Shown: one piece after another, positions 1-16,780 of the stretch | Position numbering within the stretch: position 1 is the stretch's first letter | How the letters are laid out: every line of letters starts with the position of its first letter | Source of the DNA: the human T2T-CHM13v2.0 reference genome, Homo sapiens | DNA length: 64,000 nucleotides | Assembly: GCF_009914755.1 (NCBI RefSeq) | Contig: NC_060928.1 | Reading direction: 5' to 3' (one strand) | Program-made: the position numbers and the translations under genes | The notes under the pieces: generated by a model | Seen by the model: the letters and a program-made list of their open reading frames with translations, nothing else | Database searches by the model: none | Told to the model about the DNA's origin: nothing

Positions 1-1129
1 TTTTCCAGGGACGCGTCAGTGATAACAAAACTGGCAAAGAACGAGGCAGGGGCCTTTGAACCCCCATGTTCAGAGACCGTTCCAGAAACAGTCCGATGGG
101 TTTGGCCTTGGAACCCCTGAGAGTCCTCAGGATGAGGCATCCTCGTTCTCCAGGAGGCACCCAAGGTGCAGAGAGGGAAGGGCCGGGCCAGGCCACCCTG
201 TGGTCAGGGGCCGGGCCAGGACGTGTGCCCAGTTTCCTGAATTCCCGGGAGACCTGAAGAGTGACCTAGGTGATCTCCAGGATCCCCTCTTACCCCCATC
301 CTGAGACCCTGAAGGGGACGAGGGGAGAGGCAGGGGAGACCAAGGCCTGCACGGCCCCTCCCGGCAGGAGACAGCTGCGGTTGTGACCCGTCCCTGGGCC
401 TCGTCCTCCCAGTGTCCAGCCTCAGCCCAGTCTCCTCTTAGCTGCCTATGTCCCTGTCTTGGGACTCCAGGGCTTGGCACATGGTAGGTGCTTCGTCACT
501 GTTCAAGGGATTGATGAATGAAGGATGTGTTTGGACAGTGGCGTGGAAACCTCAGATGCTGTCGCCTGGCTCACAGCCAGGTGTGGGAGTGTTTTATACC
601 TGCGATCCTGCCCTTCTGCTTGAGGGTGGAGATGGGAGGGGGTGGATGGCCTCCTGCACTGATCACAAAGGGGAAGTGGTCTGCAGGCACTGGCATGCCT
701 GGGCAGGAAGGGCGGCTCAGAGGTTTGGGGTGGGGCCTGGGCCTGGGGAGCCCACCTGGCCATGGAATCGCGTTCCCTCCAGGGCAGGCCTCATGAAAGG
801 AAGGGGCTGCGCTGTGCCCAGGGCCACGAGTGCACAAGGAGACTGAGACGCGCAGGAGGGCCCTGGCCAGCCTCCCACAGAGCCGCGGGGCCCAGGGAGG
901 AGCTGGGAGCCTCTGGGAAGGGGAGTGGTAGGAGTTGGAAGCCTTTGCCCTGAGTGGCTGGGTGTTTCCTCCTCCGGAGGCTCAGCAAAGCACCGTGGCA
1001 TCGCCTCTCCCTGGAGTGAATCTCTGTGGACCGAGCGGAGGGGAGCTGAGGAAACTTTCCCTGCTTGGCCAAGGGAAAGCTGGCTTGGGGTGGGGCTCCT
1101 CATCAGCTCCTTCACCTCCTCGTCTTCTC

Positions 1130-1243
1130 TGGACAATTTCAGATAGACATCAAAGGTGGCAAGAAATAGTACAGATAATTCCATTTGCCCATACCCAGGT
1201 TCCCTGAATGTTCGCATTTTAGGACTTTTACTTTGTGTGTGTA

Positions 1244-1280
<37 letters not shown>

Positions 1281-2285
1281 TTTTCTTCTGATCCTTTTGG
1301 GAGTAAATTGCAGACATGATGCCCCTTCATCCTAAAAGGTGTCCATATTTCCTAAAACCAGTACATTCTCTTATATAACCGCATTGTAATTATTTCAATG
1401 TTAATTCCCTGCTTTTAATAACACCATCACCTCATCTACAGGCCTCATTCAGATCTTGCCATTTATCCCAATAATATCCTTTATAGCAAAAAAAAAAAAA
1501 AAAAATTCCTGGGTCACACCTTGTGTTCTGACGTGACCGCGACCTCTCTGAGGTACCTTTTAATCTGGAGGCTGCTGTTTTGAAGGATACAGTTTGGATC
1601 TTTTGTAGAATGTCCCTCGATTCGAGTGCAGCTACTATTTCTTCACGATCACATTAGGGATTTGGGCAGGAATCCCGCAGAAGTGATGTTTCTTCAGTGC
1701 AGACGATGTCTATTAGTCTCTGGCTGGTGACGCTAATTTTGGTCCCTTGGAGAAGGGGCGGCTGCCAGTTCTCCCCACTGCACAGTTATTTTTCTCCCCT
1801 CTGCAGTTAGTAAGTAGCTGGGGGGACAACACTCTGAAACTGCGTGAATATCCTGTTCCTCATCAAATTCATGAAGCGCTACTGTCTCATCATGGGCTGG
1901 CCTGGCTGAAATAATCCTTGCGACAGAGGCTGCCAGGCAGTGACTGTCTAATTAGGCAACCCTTCTCCATTCAGCAATCAGCTTTCAACTCTAAGGAAGA
2001 GCTGTCCCGCTCCCCAGTTATCCATTGATTTATTTCATTGTAGGCTCACACATCTTTAATTGCGTCTCCATACTATATACATCATTACCTATTTTGTCAT
2101 TCAAATCACCCTAGATTTGGGCTTTCCATGTGTCTTCGTCACTTAGTGGGTGCGTCCTCACTTTCTGGGACATGAGATATTCCAGGCTTATCTTGCACTT
2201 TCCCTGCCATAGCCCTGGGATCGGCCATATCCACAGCCCCGTGTTTCCAGGGAGCCCTGGCTTTTCAACTGGAGGATGGTGTTTA
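1130..2285 (-). mobile_element. Old L1 3'-end fragment (L1MC-like) with internal (TG)n and A-run
   Basis: AT-rich; acaatttcagat...gagtaaattgcagacatgatgcccc resembles the copy at 16300-16780. Confidence 0.6.
1234..1279. repeat. (TG)n microsatellite, interrupted once
   Basis: seen directly. Confidence 0.95.
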
Positions 2286-2765
2286 GAAGCTGTTGGGCCG
2301 GAACTCTATCAACTTCAATAGGGATGGCACCTTGTTTGAGAGACTGAAGAGGAGACCCAGAGCCAGCGACCATGACACAGGGTTGATTGAGAGGACTTGC
2401 GTACAGGGTGGTTCAGCAGTGGCGGGCTGGACAGGACCCCTGTGAAAAGCATGCAGTTGATGTAGCATTTTCCCTTAGTACCCTCCCTCTACCATCCTCC
2501 ACCTGGCAACCCTCATCCAACCCTTCCAAGCAAAGGGGCAGGATCTGCATGGCCTGCATTCCCTGCAATGAGCCAGGGGCTCAGATCTTCTTCAGACAGG
2601 GAGTGAATCTCCAGGCTGGCTGCTGCTGGATTCTTTAGCTCAAAATCCGAGCACACGTTCTTCTTAGCCCATGGGGGCATCTGCGGGGTGTGTTTCGGTT
2701 ACCGCTGTCAGGTGCATCGGCCAACGGAGTCGAGATCTGAGCACCACATACTTCTTTCCATTTGA

Positions 2766-3060
<295 letters not shown>

Positions 3061-3544
3061 CCATTTGAGACATTTCTGAGCCCCCACTGCATGCCTAGCT
3101 CTGGGCTTGGGCTGGGGCTGCAGAGCAAGTGAGGCCTAGGAATGGGCTCTGGCCACACCGGGCGAGTGCACGCCACTGCAGGTGGTCAGCAAATGCGGGT
3201 GTGAAGTGAACACCGTCCTAATGCAAGGCCCAAGACCACTGTGGCTGTGCGGCGCCCAGGGCTCTGAGTGAGACGTCTAGGAGGCTGTGAAGACCGGCCA
3301 CACAGAAGTTCACTACTCTCTGCTGCAGTTGCAGGTTTTCCTAATCAGATCCCCCTGGATCCTGAGGCCTGGATAGAGAAACTGCGCAGGACAGAGATGA
3401 AGTGCCCAGGCCAAGATGCAAACTCTGCAGGACCAATGGCCAGAGGGGTGACCCCCAGCAGGGAACCAAGCAACCAGTAGGGGTCTATGTCCTGGCTCCT
3501 ACCTGCACAAGCTGTGAGGCTGAGCCCGTCTGTGGGCTCAGATA

Positions 3545-4305
<761 letters not shown>

Positions 4306-4879
4306 TAACCCAGGGCTTCTCAAAGTGTGGCCTCAGACTTCCCACCTTAAAATCATGATGGGAATAGAAAGAAGGGTTTGTTAAATGCGCATGCCCAGGT
4401 CCTGCACCCAGAGGGGGACATGGCCCCTGGGGCTCCCCTAGGCATCCCTGTGTGCACCTGCACAAACGGCAGACACGGTCCTGGGGGCTCCGTGGGTGAC
4501 ACCCCAGGGAGGGGCTTCACAGGTGCCATATGGTAAGAGGTAGACGAAAGTACCCACTGCGTCGTGGGGTGAGGTGTCCAGGCACAGGCTTCCCAGGGAT
4601 GGGATCTCCGCAGGGCACAGGTGGAGGGAGGCAGCCCTGGGCCGGGGAGCAGAGCCCACAAAGGGGGCCCAGGAAGCTGCTGGCTGTGAAGGTGTAAGAA
4701 GCCCCTTACCCTGGAGACCCCCCAACCCCCCGCTGGGGAGGAATGGAGACCCCAGCATCCATTGCTGGCTTTGCCCCTTGGCGGTGATGCCCGACTGTCC
4801 TTTGACTTTCCTTTTGTGTGGTCAGCACTGCTGGTGGCCACTCGGGATGACCAGGACGCATTAGGCAATAGGACCGTTA

Positions 4880-5323
<444 letters not shown>

Positions 5324-5379
5324 CTAGCAGAAAACTCTCAGGCAGGTGCTTTAAGCTTATTCAAAGGTGTGAGAATCCA

Positions 5380-6405
5380 TCTCTGTCTCTGTCTCATTTC
5401 CATCTGTCTCTCCCTCCCATTTTCTCCCCTCTCCCTCTCTCTCTTCCTCCCGGTTTCTCTCCCCTCCCTCCCTCTCTCCCTCTGGGTTTCTCCCCCCTCC
5501 CTCCCTCTCCCCCTCCCATTTTCTTCCCCCTCCTGGTTTCTCCCCTCTACCTCCCTCTCCCCCCACCTGTTTTCTCCCTTCTCCCTCCCTCCTTCCTCCC
5601 CTTTTCTCCCCACTCCCTCCCTCTCCCCCTTCTGGTTTCTCCCCTCTCCCTCCCTCTCCCCACCGTCCTGTTTTCTCCCCCTCCCTCCTTCTCCCCCTCC
5701 CGTTTTCTCCCTCCTCCCTCCTTCTCCCCCTCCCGGTGTCTCCCCTCTCCCCCTCCTGGTTTCTCCCCTCTTCCTTCCTCTCCCCCTCCTGGTTTCTCCC
5801 CTCTCCCTCCCTCTCCACCCTCCTCACCGTTGTCTCCCTTCTCCCTCCCTCTCCCCCTCCTGGTTTCTCCCCTCTCCCTCCCTCTCCACCCGCCCCCGCA
5901 CCGTTTTCTCCCTTCTCCCTCCCTCTCCCCCTCCCGGTGTCTCCCCTCTCCCCCTCCTGGTTTCTCCCCTCTTCCTTCCTCTCCCCCTCCTGGTTTCTCC
6001 CCTCTTCCTTCCTCTCCCCCTCCCAGTTTCTCCCCTCTCCCTCCCTCTCCACCCTCCTCACCGTTGTCTCCCTTCTCCCTCCCTCTCCCCCTCCTGGTTT
6101 CTCCCCTCTCCCTCCCTCTCCACCCGCCCCCGCACCGTTTTCTCCCTTCTCCCTCCCTCTCCCCCTCCCGGTGTCTCCCCTCTCCCCCTCCTGGTTTCTC
6201 CCCTCTTCCTTCCTCTCCCCCTCCCAGTTTCTCCCCTCTCCCTCCCTCTCCCCCTCCTGGTTTCTCCCCTCTCCCTCCCTCTCCACCCGCCCCCGCACCG
6301 TTTTCTCCCTTCTCCCTCCCTCTCCCCCTCCCGGTGTCTCCCCTCTCCCTGCTCTCCTTCTCCCCTTCTACTCCTCATTCTCTTCCCCTCTCCCCACCTT
6401 CTCCC
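5380..6405. repeat. ~1-kb C/T-rich minisatellite, ~29-30 bp base unit with a 234-bp higher-order duplication
   Basis: unit ctcccctctccctccctctccccctcctggttt; marker tcctcaccgttg at 5821 and 6055. Confidence 0.9.
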
Positions 6406-7349
6406 TTGGGGCAGCCATGCTCTGCAGAGGCCAAAGCCCCTGGAATGCCACTGCCTAGAGATCTGGGGCCGAGTCTTGACCTGGAGGATTGGGAACACTT
6501 TTTTCTCAGCGTCTCCAGGCACTGGGAAGGGATAGTGCATAGGGCAGATGGGGTCACAGCCCCAGGAGCCTGGATTCTAGTGGGAAATTGCCAACCTCAG
6601 ACATTGAGGAGGGGGCTGGATCTCAGGAGCTCCACAGCCCCCGTGGCAGGTGGCCCCTGAATGGGACACAGCAGACAGAGCACGTGCCCACCCCTGCGGA
6701 AGATTCCGCTGGATGGTGCCACAGGGATGGCCCAGAGTAGGGCCGATGGGTCGGACCATGCTGCCATGGGGTCCCAATGGCTCTGCGCAGACCAGGGGAC
6801 AGACAGGAGGGAGGGCCAGGTGTGGACAGCTGCCCAGGTCAGACCCGCCAAGGCTCAGAACCACGATGGGGGCAGGAGTGGGGTGGGGGGTGGAGCCCAT
6901 GGGGTTGCTGGTGGCTGATGTGGTGTGTGAGTAGGAGGTGTCATTGATCCGAGCAGGGGTGGGGGCCCTCTGCCCTCTGAGAGACAGGGAAGAAGTGGAG
7001 AGGAGCCGGCTTAGGGAGGCAGAACTGAGATTTCCAAGGTGCTTGTGGCGTGTTTGCTGGAGGTGGGTGCCCCCATGGTCCCAGACTCCCCACCTTACAG
7101 TCACCATGGGCGTGGAGGAGGAGCTTGCTAAGTGCGGCTGTCCAGGTCCTGTGCCCGCAAGTTCCAATGCAGCAACCCTCTGGGGCGGAGCGCTGAGGGG
7201 AGGGGTTGGAGGTCACGGTGACAGGGAGGAGAGACCATCTGTGCGCAGTGGTTTCTGTGCCGGCCTGGCCTGCAGGGGACATGAGTCCACTTGTCCCCAC
7301 CACTCCACAGGACAGGCACTCACCCCGAAAGAAACAGGCTGGGAGCTAG

Positions 7350-7730
<381 letters not shown>

Positions 7731-8456
7731 TGAGGTGCAGTGTCTGAGACTGGGGACACAGGAGGCAGGCCTCAGAGAGCGAGAGCCACTCAGGACAGTG
7801 GTGGCCTTGGAGGGGCGGCTGTGATACCCAGTGGGTGGCGAGGGCTTGTTTCTCCCACTTGCTTTGTGGAGGGCACTGTGATCGTCCCTCTGCTCTCCCA
7901 CAGCCCCAGCAACAGGGGACCTCGAGCTGTCCCTTTCTCCACCTGCCCTCCACCCACAAGGACTGTCAAAGTCTCTTTGATGGGGAGTTAAGGACAAGTG
8001 TGAAGTTAGTCTTATTTTTTCTGGTGACAAAGCCAGCCTCCTGTGGGCTTCTGCACATACCAGCCTTCTGGGGAGGCTGGCACAGGGTGTGTCTTGACCT
8101 GGCAGACCTCCCCATGGCTGAGGGCTGGGGGCTTGGGAGCTGGGCTGGGCGTTACCACCACTGACTGGGGTTGGACCAGCCTGGCCTTGGCCGGTGCCTC
8201 TTAGCCTCTGTGAACTCCGCTTCCTCAGCCACATACTGGGGATGCTTAGAATTACGTCCCCGGGAGCTGACTTGAGGGTTATGTGATTAACTCACACCAA
8301 GCACCTGCAGGCTGCTGGACACATAGTACCTGCTCAACACGTGGGGCTGTCGTGCATGATGTCGGGCACAGGTGAACTGGGTCAGCATGCTGGCTCCGGG
8401 TTTGAATCTCAGCTGAGCCACTGACAGGTCAGACCTTGAATAAGAAATGGGGCCTT

Positions 8457-8745
8457 CAGCGGGACATGGTGGCTCACACCTGTAATCCTAGCACTTTGGG
8501 CGAACGACGAAGAAGGATCACTTGAGCCCAGGAGTTTAAGACCAGCTTCAGCAACATAGGGAGACCTCGTCTCCACAAAAAAATTTAAAAAGTTAGCCAG
8601 GCGTGATGGTGTGCACCTGTGGGAGAGTAAAATGGGTGGATTATCTGAGCCCAGGAGGTTGAGGCTGCAATGAACCATGGTTATGCCACTGCACTCCAGC
8701 CTGGGCAGCAGAGTGGGGCCTCATCTCTGGAAAAAAAAAAAAAAG
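8457..8745 (+). mobile_element. AluJ
   Basis: cttgagcccaggagtt, gaggctgca; TSD aagaaa(t/c)ggggcctt on both sides. Confidence 0.9.
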
Positions 8746-9261
8746 AAAGAAACGGGGCCTTATTTTTTGTCTCTGAAATGGAGACTCTAATAGTACCCCC
8801 CGACACACACTTCCCGAGTCGGAAGAGTTCCAGTGTTAGCTGCTGTTATTTTTTCATGCCCCTATCAACACTGATTAATAGAAATCAGAGGAGAGGGGAT
8901 GCTGGCGGGGGGATGGAAATCAGAGCTGATGCTGCAGGTGGGGCTGGGGCCACTCAGGGCTGAGAGCACAGCCGAACAGGGACCAGCTTAGGTCGGGAGA
9001 AGCGGCGGTCACTGGTGTGTGGGGGATAAGGCAGGTAGAGTGCTGAGGGGGAGGTGTAGAGGGTGAGGAGCCAGGGCATGGGGGCCACGTGAGCTCTGGG
9101 AAGGGCAGGGGCTTCTCCCCACAGGCTCTGGGGAGCCACGGCTGGCTTGAGAGCAGGGGAGGAGCTGACTTGGGCTGTGAAGGAATCTGCCCTGGGTGTG
9201 TCGTCCCCCGCCGGGGCCACATCTGCAAGATGTCTCTGTCATGTGGACGCTGTCCTCCTGA

Positions 9262-9815
<554 letters not shown>

Positions 9816-10934
9816 GAATCTGTGCTTTAGAACAGGCAGGCTCACAAAGGCCTCACTAGCAAGATAACAACACTGGTGTGCGCACCTGGTGCTCAGGGAG
9901 AAATGCCGGGTAGGCGGAGTCGTAGACGGATGTGGGTCTTTGTTGCAGGAATGATTTAGGCTGTGCTTCTAGTTGCCTTCACACTCTGCCCTCTGTAATT
10001 TCACTCAACCAGAACTTGAGGGAAGCTGCCGTCCAGTGGCCTCAGTGCTGACCGGGAAAGCTGTTATTTGAAAGCTGACCCACGTGAGCTCTTCCTGGCA
10101 CATTCCCTGTTCCATTTGGAGGAATTCCAGGCTCTAACGGAGCCTCCCTGGGGATCTTGCGACACCACCCTTGATTTGAGGGCTAAGTGAGTTAGGGAGT
10201 AAGAATTGTAGCCACAATTCCCCAAGCACCGGTGAGCAGGGCTGAGGCTCATCCCACTGTGGACGTGGGCTTCTTGATCCGGTTCTTGGAGGAAGTGGCT
10301 CATCTGTGGCTGCCCATCCACAGTGATGGCCATTGTGGGGGGATGTCCATCCAGAGGGCAGCAGGCTTCCTGTCTCCCTCTTTCAGAGTCCACTCTACGC
10401 TGAGTGTGGAGGCAGGATTCTCACATCACTTGCCTGTGCCTTACACGTGCACCGAGCCTCCTAGTTCAGCTGCGGTGAACGAAGGCTCACTGCCCCAGAC
10501 GAGAGGGGGGAGCTCGCAGCATCCCAGAGACAAGGCTTCACCTGATAGAAATGGAAACAGATACCAGCTCATGATGCGGGGCGGGGCTTGCACATGGGCA
10601 TTTCAGACCCACCTTGCTGCTGGCCCATACCCCCTGCGGCCTGCACGGCCCCCGACCATATGGTCTCCATCTCACAGAGGGGAATATGGAGGCGTGGAGA
10701 GGTCAGATAACTTGACCACGGTTGCCGCTGGTGGGTGGTGGAGCTGGGCTTGACCTCTCACAGCCCGGGTGGTCAGGCCGCGTGGGCTGCTGTGTGTAGC
10801 CAGCACTGTGGGCACCCCAGGGCAGGTGGGTGTCTTCCATGGTCTCCCTGGACCTGGTCAGTGCAGGGCTCAGCCGACCTGGGACCACACAGGCTTCCCT
10901 GCCTCCCTGCCCCTCTTCTGGAGCCCTCGGGTGA

Positions 10935-11117
<183 letters not shown>

Positions 11118-11651
11118 TGATGGCCGAGATCCAGCTGTGCGGGGCACTCCCGGGCCATGGGGTGACAGCCTGGATCCCGCTGTGCTGAGCATGTCTGGGG
11201 CTGTGGGCTGCGGAGCCTCTGGAGGCTGAGGGGTGCTTCAGGCAGGGAGGTGTGCTTGGTGTGGCACTGTCACTTAGCTCTAGAGACCCTGGCCAGCCCC
11301 CAGGGACACAGAGGTGCCTGGGAAACAGTGGAAGGGAGGTTCTGTCTAGTGCCAGTCCCCAGCTCGTGTCTCTGACATGGCTGCTGCCCTGGCCTTGTGG
11401 CTGGCCGCCGAGTCTGAGGAGGGGACATGAGGCTGTCTTTCCTACCCGACCACAGCAGGAGGGGGCCTGCCAGCAGTGGCTGGGGTCACTGGGGCAGTCC
11501 ATGGAGAAGGGCCCTGGGGGTCCCACGTTTGGCTCCGCATCGCACAGTCAGGGAAACTGAGGCCCAGGGCGAGGGTCTGAGGCTGAGCCAGCCTCACACA
11601 CCACATGGAGGCAGAGCTGGGACCTCGCCCTGGGCCCACCTCTCCTTCTGA

Positions 11652-12011
<360 letters not shown>

Positions 12012-12937
12012 TAGGTACCGGCCTTTGCTGCTCTGAGAGCTGTTGGCCTCGCTGAGACTCCCAGGCCCGGGTCATCTGGAGGTCAAGGGGATGGACAGGG
12101 AATGGTGGGGGCCCCGGACAGACCTGGCCATGGCCTTGTTCTGCTGCTTCCCAGCTGTGTGGCCTCGGCAATTTGGCCCACCTCTCTGGGCCTCTGGCCT
12201 GCCAGCTGCATGATAGGCCAATGACATCCACTTGGCAGGGCTATCCTGGGGTTCGCTGGCACAGGAGATGTGGCATGAGCTCTCACCAGGCTCATCCGAA
12301 AAGCTTTTGAGGAAGCTACATAAAACATGCGTATCCAGAGTGAGAAGGCACACGGGACCCACAGATAGAGCCAGGGGATGTGAGGACAGGTGACATGCAA
12401 ACTCCTGTTCACTTGCTGAAGCGGGGGGCATTAACTTGGGTTGGAGCTTCCTGGTAGCCAAAGCAAAGAGAGAACCTCAATCTCTTGATTTGCAGTGTCT
12501 CAAGTGACAGGCTGTGGCTTGGCTTCTCTCATTACTGAGACCCAAGAGGAGCTTCTCCTAAGAATCCTTCCTATGTGCTCTGGCCAGTGGTGTCCCAACA
12601 GGGGACACTGAGAGTGTTCTGCCATCTGGGAAAGAGGGATTGTCAGTCATCTAGTCCAGCTTCCTTTTTTTTCTGGCTGAAGGAACTGAGGCTGAGAGAG
12701 GAGTGATCTGTCCAGGTTATATGGCAAAGTCACAGTGGTACTAGGATTTGAATCCAGGCCTCCAGAGCCCCAGGCTGGGATCTCCCTCACCCCTCACTGT
12801 GTGGAGCTGGGGGAGGCAGGTGCTTTGGAGGTCTGCAGGGTTCCAGGCCCACAGGGGTGGCGGTGTTTCCAGGACACGGGCCCTAGGCTGAGGGGTGCGG
12901 GGCTCCCTGGGGGCAGTGCCACACGCACGGGGCCTGA

Positions 12938-13279
<342 letters not shown>

Positions 13280-13298
13280 TGAGCCAGAGAGATAGCTA

Positions 13299-13374
13299 TC
13301 AGGTAGTGCAAGAGTAATTGTGGTTTTTGTTATTGCTTTCAATGGCAAAAACCGCAATTACTTTTGTACCAACC
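13299..13374. mobile_element. MADE1 (Hsmar1 mariner-derived MITE)
   Basis: ~76-bp near-palindrome aggtagtgcaagagtaattgtggtttttgttattg...caatggcaaaaaccgcaattacttttgtaccaacc. Confidence 0.9.
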
Positions 13375-13718
13375 GAGTCTTCTCCAGCTTGTGAGGTCAT
13401 AACTGACACTCAGGAAGCTCTGGGGGCTGGTGCAGCGTCATAGGATGCTCAGTGAAGCTGCACCAGGGCCCCCGGCCACTGTCTCCAAAGAGCTCCCAAA
13501 CGCCACTTCTCAGACAGTGCAACCCAACAGTCTCAGAGTTTAGCCTTCTGTCACCATGGGAAACGCCTGGAAGGCCCTGGGCCGAGGTGGGCTGGCGCTG
13601 GCTGAATTTGCCACGTGCACTAACAGAGGACCGTGACCGCGTCCTCTTTATGAAAAGCTGGCACTGCCAGCAGCCCTTCTCCTTGGATGCCGGGTCCAGC
13701 GCTTTGTGCTCTGTGGCA

Positions 13719-13826
13719 AGCTGCCGGTGTCTGGATGGCCTGTGCACCTGTCAGAGCTGCCGGTGTCTGGGTGGCCTGTGCACCTGTCAGAGCTGCCGGT
13801 GTCTGGGTGGCCTGCGCACCTGTCAG
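13719..13826. repeat. 36-bp tandem repeat x3
   Basis: agctgccggtgtctgg(g/a)tggcctg(t/c)gcacctgtcag. Confidence 0.95.
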
Positions 13827-14080
13827 GGGGACTAAAGCCCCATGCAGGAGCCGGGTGGGGAGTAGGTGGGGCCGGGGGTTGTGGCTGCAGAAGGAAAGGA
13901 GGAAAGAGCCTTGGCCTTGGAGGCTGATGGCCGAGGCTTATTTATCAACATCTCTGAGCCTCCATTTTTCTCATCTTCAACAGAGGGATAAAAACATCCC
14001 CTCTGAGGACCACGTAGACATTCCCTCCCTCATTGCGGAAACCAAGCTTTACTACGAACCTCCTAGTAACCAAAAGATGA

Positions 14081-14374
<294 letters not shown>

Positions 14375-14619
14375 TGAGTGGCTGGAGCCCCGCCCCTTTC
14401 CTGAACCCACCCCCATCTCACCTAAGGGGACGTTGCTGCGTCCACCTGGCTCCCCAGGTAACAAGCCTGAAAGTCACTGTGGACGATGCCTAGTCTCTTC
14501 CCTTGTCCTCAGGCTGCTGCCCCCTTGGCCCCAGTGCCTGACTCCAGGGTTCCCTGGCGTCCTTTCTCCGGGCTGCTGCAGGGAGAGCGTTCCCTCGAAT
14601 GCACACCTGCCCATGTGCA

Positions 14620-15040
14620 TCATCTTTCCGTGGCTACCGTGATAAGGCACTGCACGCCGGGGGCTTAAAGCAACAGAAATGTGCTTGTTCAGAGTTGTGG
14701 AGGCCAAAAGTCTAAAACCAAGGCCAGAAGGGCCACATTTTCTCTGGAGACTCTAGGGGAGGGTCCTTCTTGCCTCTTCCAGCTCCTGGTGGCCGTGGGC
14801 GTTCCTTGACCTGTGGCCACATCACTGCACTCTGCCGCCGTCTCCACGTGGCTGTCTTCCTCTGTGTGTCTTCCGTATTCTCTTCTTAAAAGGGTGCCCA
14901 TCTCCTAGCGCCCATCCAACTCCAATCTGACCTCATCTTAGCTGAACTAATTACATCTGCAAAGATCCTTTCTCCAAGAAAGCTTACCTTCTGAGGTTCC
15001 GGGAGACATGAATTGAGGGACACGATTTAATCCAGTACAC
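14620..15040 (-). mobile_element. MaLR LTR (MLT1-like)
   Basis: ggcttaaagcaacagaaat...ttacatctgcaaagatcct. Confidence 0.75.
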
Positions 15041-15749
15041 ACGTCGCTCTCCTCCGTTAAGCCCCAGGAAGCTTCTGGGCCCGAGCTTGCAGGCCCCCAT
15101 GGGCTGCACAGAGTACCTTGTGCCTTCCAAAACTGCTCTGGGTGACACGTGTGTCCTTCTGCCTGGGATGCCCCCTCTCCCTGAACCCCGTGTTCTCCTG
15201 GGGCCTTCCATCAGCCCCCGTGGCTCCTCTCGGGGGGGCACTCTTCTGGCCATACGCCTCTTCCTATGTGATCTACACGCCACCCATGACCTGCCTGCTC
15301 CCAGCCAGGGAACTCCAAGAGAAGAATTCCCTGGTCACTTCTGTGTTCTCACTGCCCAGTGCGAGCAGCAGCAGGGGGTCTTTGGAGAGGAGTCAGCTGT
15401 GCCCATCCTTTGATGGAATTCTGTTTCCCTGGCCTTGTCCTTGTTAAGACCTCAGTCAAGGAGCCCAGAGAATGTGGGTGCATGGAGAGGCCACCTTCTG
15501 GGTCATGTGATCCTGGTCCTGGCCCCACCAATGAGATGCTTGTCTTCAATGGTCCTGTTCAATGTTTAGGGCTGCGACAGACCAACACCTCTCAGACCAG
15601 GTCTCAGAGGCCGTTTGTCACCATGCCTCATCAAGCCGTTCACTTGTTCCCCTCATGGAAAGGGTCCGTCTGCTCTGGTACCTCTGGCACCTGTGCATCA
15701 GAAGCAGCTGGAAGCTGGCCAGGCCATGCACTGATGGCAGGAGCTAGAC

Positions 15750-15990
15750 CAGCAGTTCCCAAAGCATGTTCTCACACACTGCTCCATCATAGACTTCATC
15801 ATGCCCTAAGGAGTGGGGAAAAGCTTTGTCCACATCCCTTGTGGGTGATCCCAGGGATTCCCAGCACAAACAAGGCATCTTTTTCCTGTTGAAATGCCTT
15901 TTCCACACTTACTTAACCTCCAGAATCCTCCACAACCCTGTTTGCTTTTGGCTGAGCTGGTGTTCCATGGGACACTCTTTGGGGATCCTT
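15750..15990. mobile_element. hAT-Charlie MITE remnant (MER103-like)
   Basis: degenerate TIRs cagcagttcccaaag ... ctttggggatccttg. Confidence 0.4.
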
Positions 15991-16299
15991 GGTCTAGCTG
16001 ATCCCTACCATCTCCAAGGGAGACCACAAATTCTCAACAGGTCACTGGGGGCCGTGTGAAGTCAACATGTACTGAACTTACAAGGGGTCAGAGAAGAGCC
16101 AGGGAATGAGCTAGTTTGTTCCCTTCCTTTAACCCAGAAGGATGACGGGGCTGGGTGCCATTAGTCCTGTTCACAGCTGGAGAAATTCTGACTTCTCTCA
16201 TTCACTCAACAAATGTTTGCTGAATATCTTTCCTATTCCAGACCCGGGGTTTTCATCTTTTATTTAGTGAACAACCTGGTAGCTCTTCTTTTTTTTTTT

Positions 16300-16780
16300 C
16301 TTTAACTTTATTTTTGACACAATTTCAGACTTAGAAGAAAGTTGCAAAAAGAGTATAACATTCCCACACGCCCTCACCCAGATTGCACAAATGTTAACAT
16401 GTTATGACATTTGCTTTATTGCTTTCTCTCTTTCACTTCTATTTTTTTCTAAACACTTTGAGAGTAAGTTGCAAACATGATGTTCCTTTACCCCTAAATA
16501 ATGCAGTATGTGGTTCCTAAAACCAGGACATCTGCTTACATAACTACAGTACAACTGTCGAAATCAGGAAATGAACGCAGATACAATGCCATTATCTACA
16601 GATCTTACTCAGATTTTGCCAGGAGCCACAATGATGGCCTTTGTAGACAATGACAATTTCAGACCACGTGTTCTATTCAGACGTCATGTCTTGCCTCCTT
16701 AATGTGAAACAGCTTTTCAGTCTTTTTTTGATGTTTTTAAAGAATACAGGCCTGTTATTTTGTAGAATGTGCTGTAAGCT
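16300..16780 (-). mobile_element. Old L1 3'-end fragment (L1MC-like)
   Basis: acaatttcagacttagaagaaagttgcaaaa...ttgagagtaagttgcaaacatgatg. Confidence 0.65.

Noticed and set aside
13452-13835. Metallothionein-like SCRCLGGLCTCQ repeat peptide
   Set aside because: Arises from the 36-bp intronic tandem repeat; no splice or start context supports it
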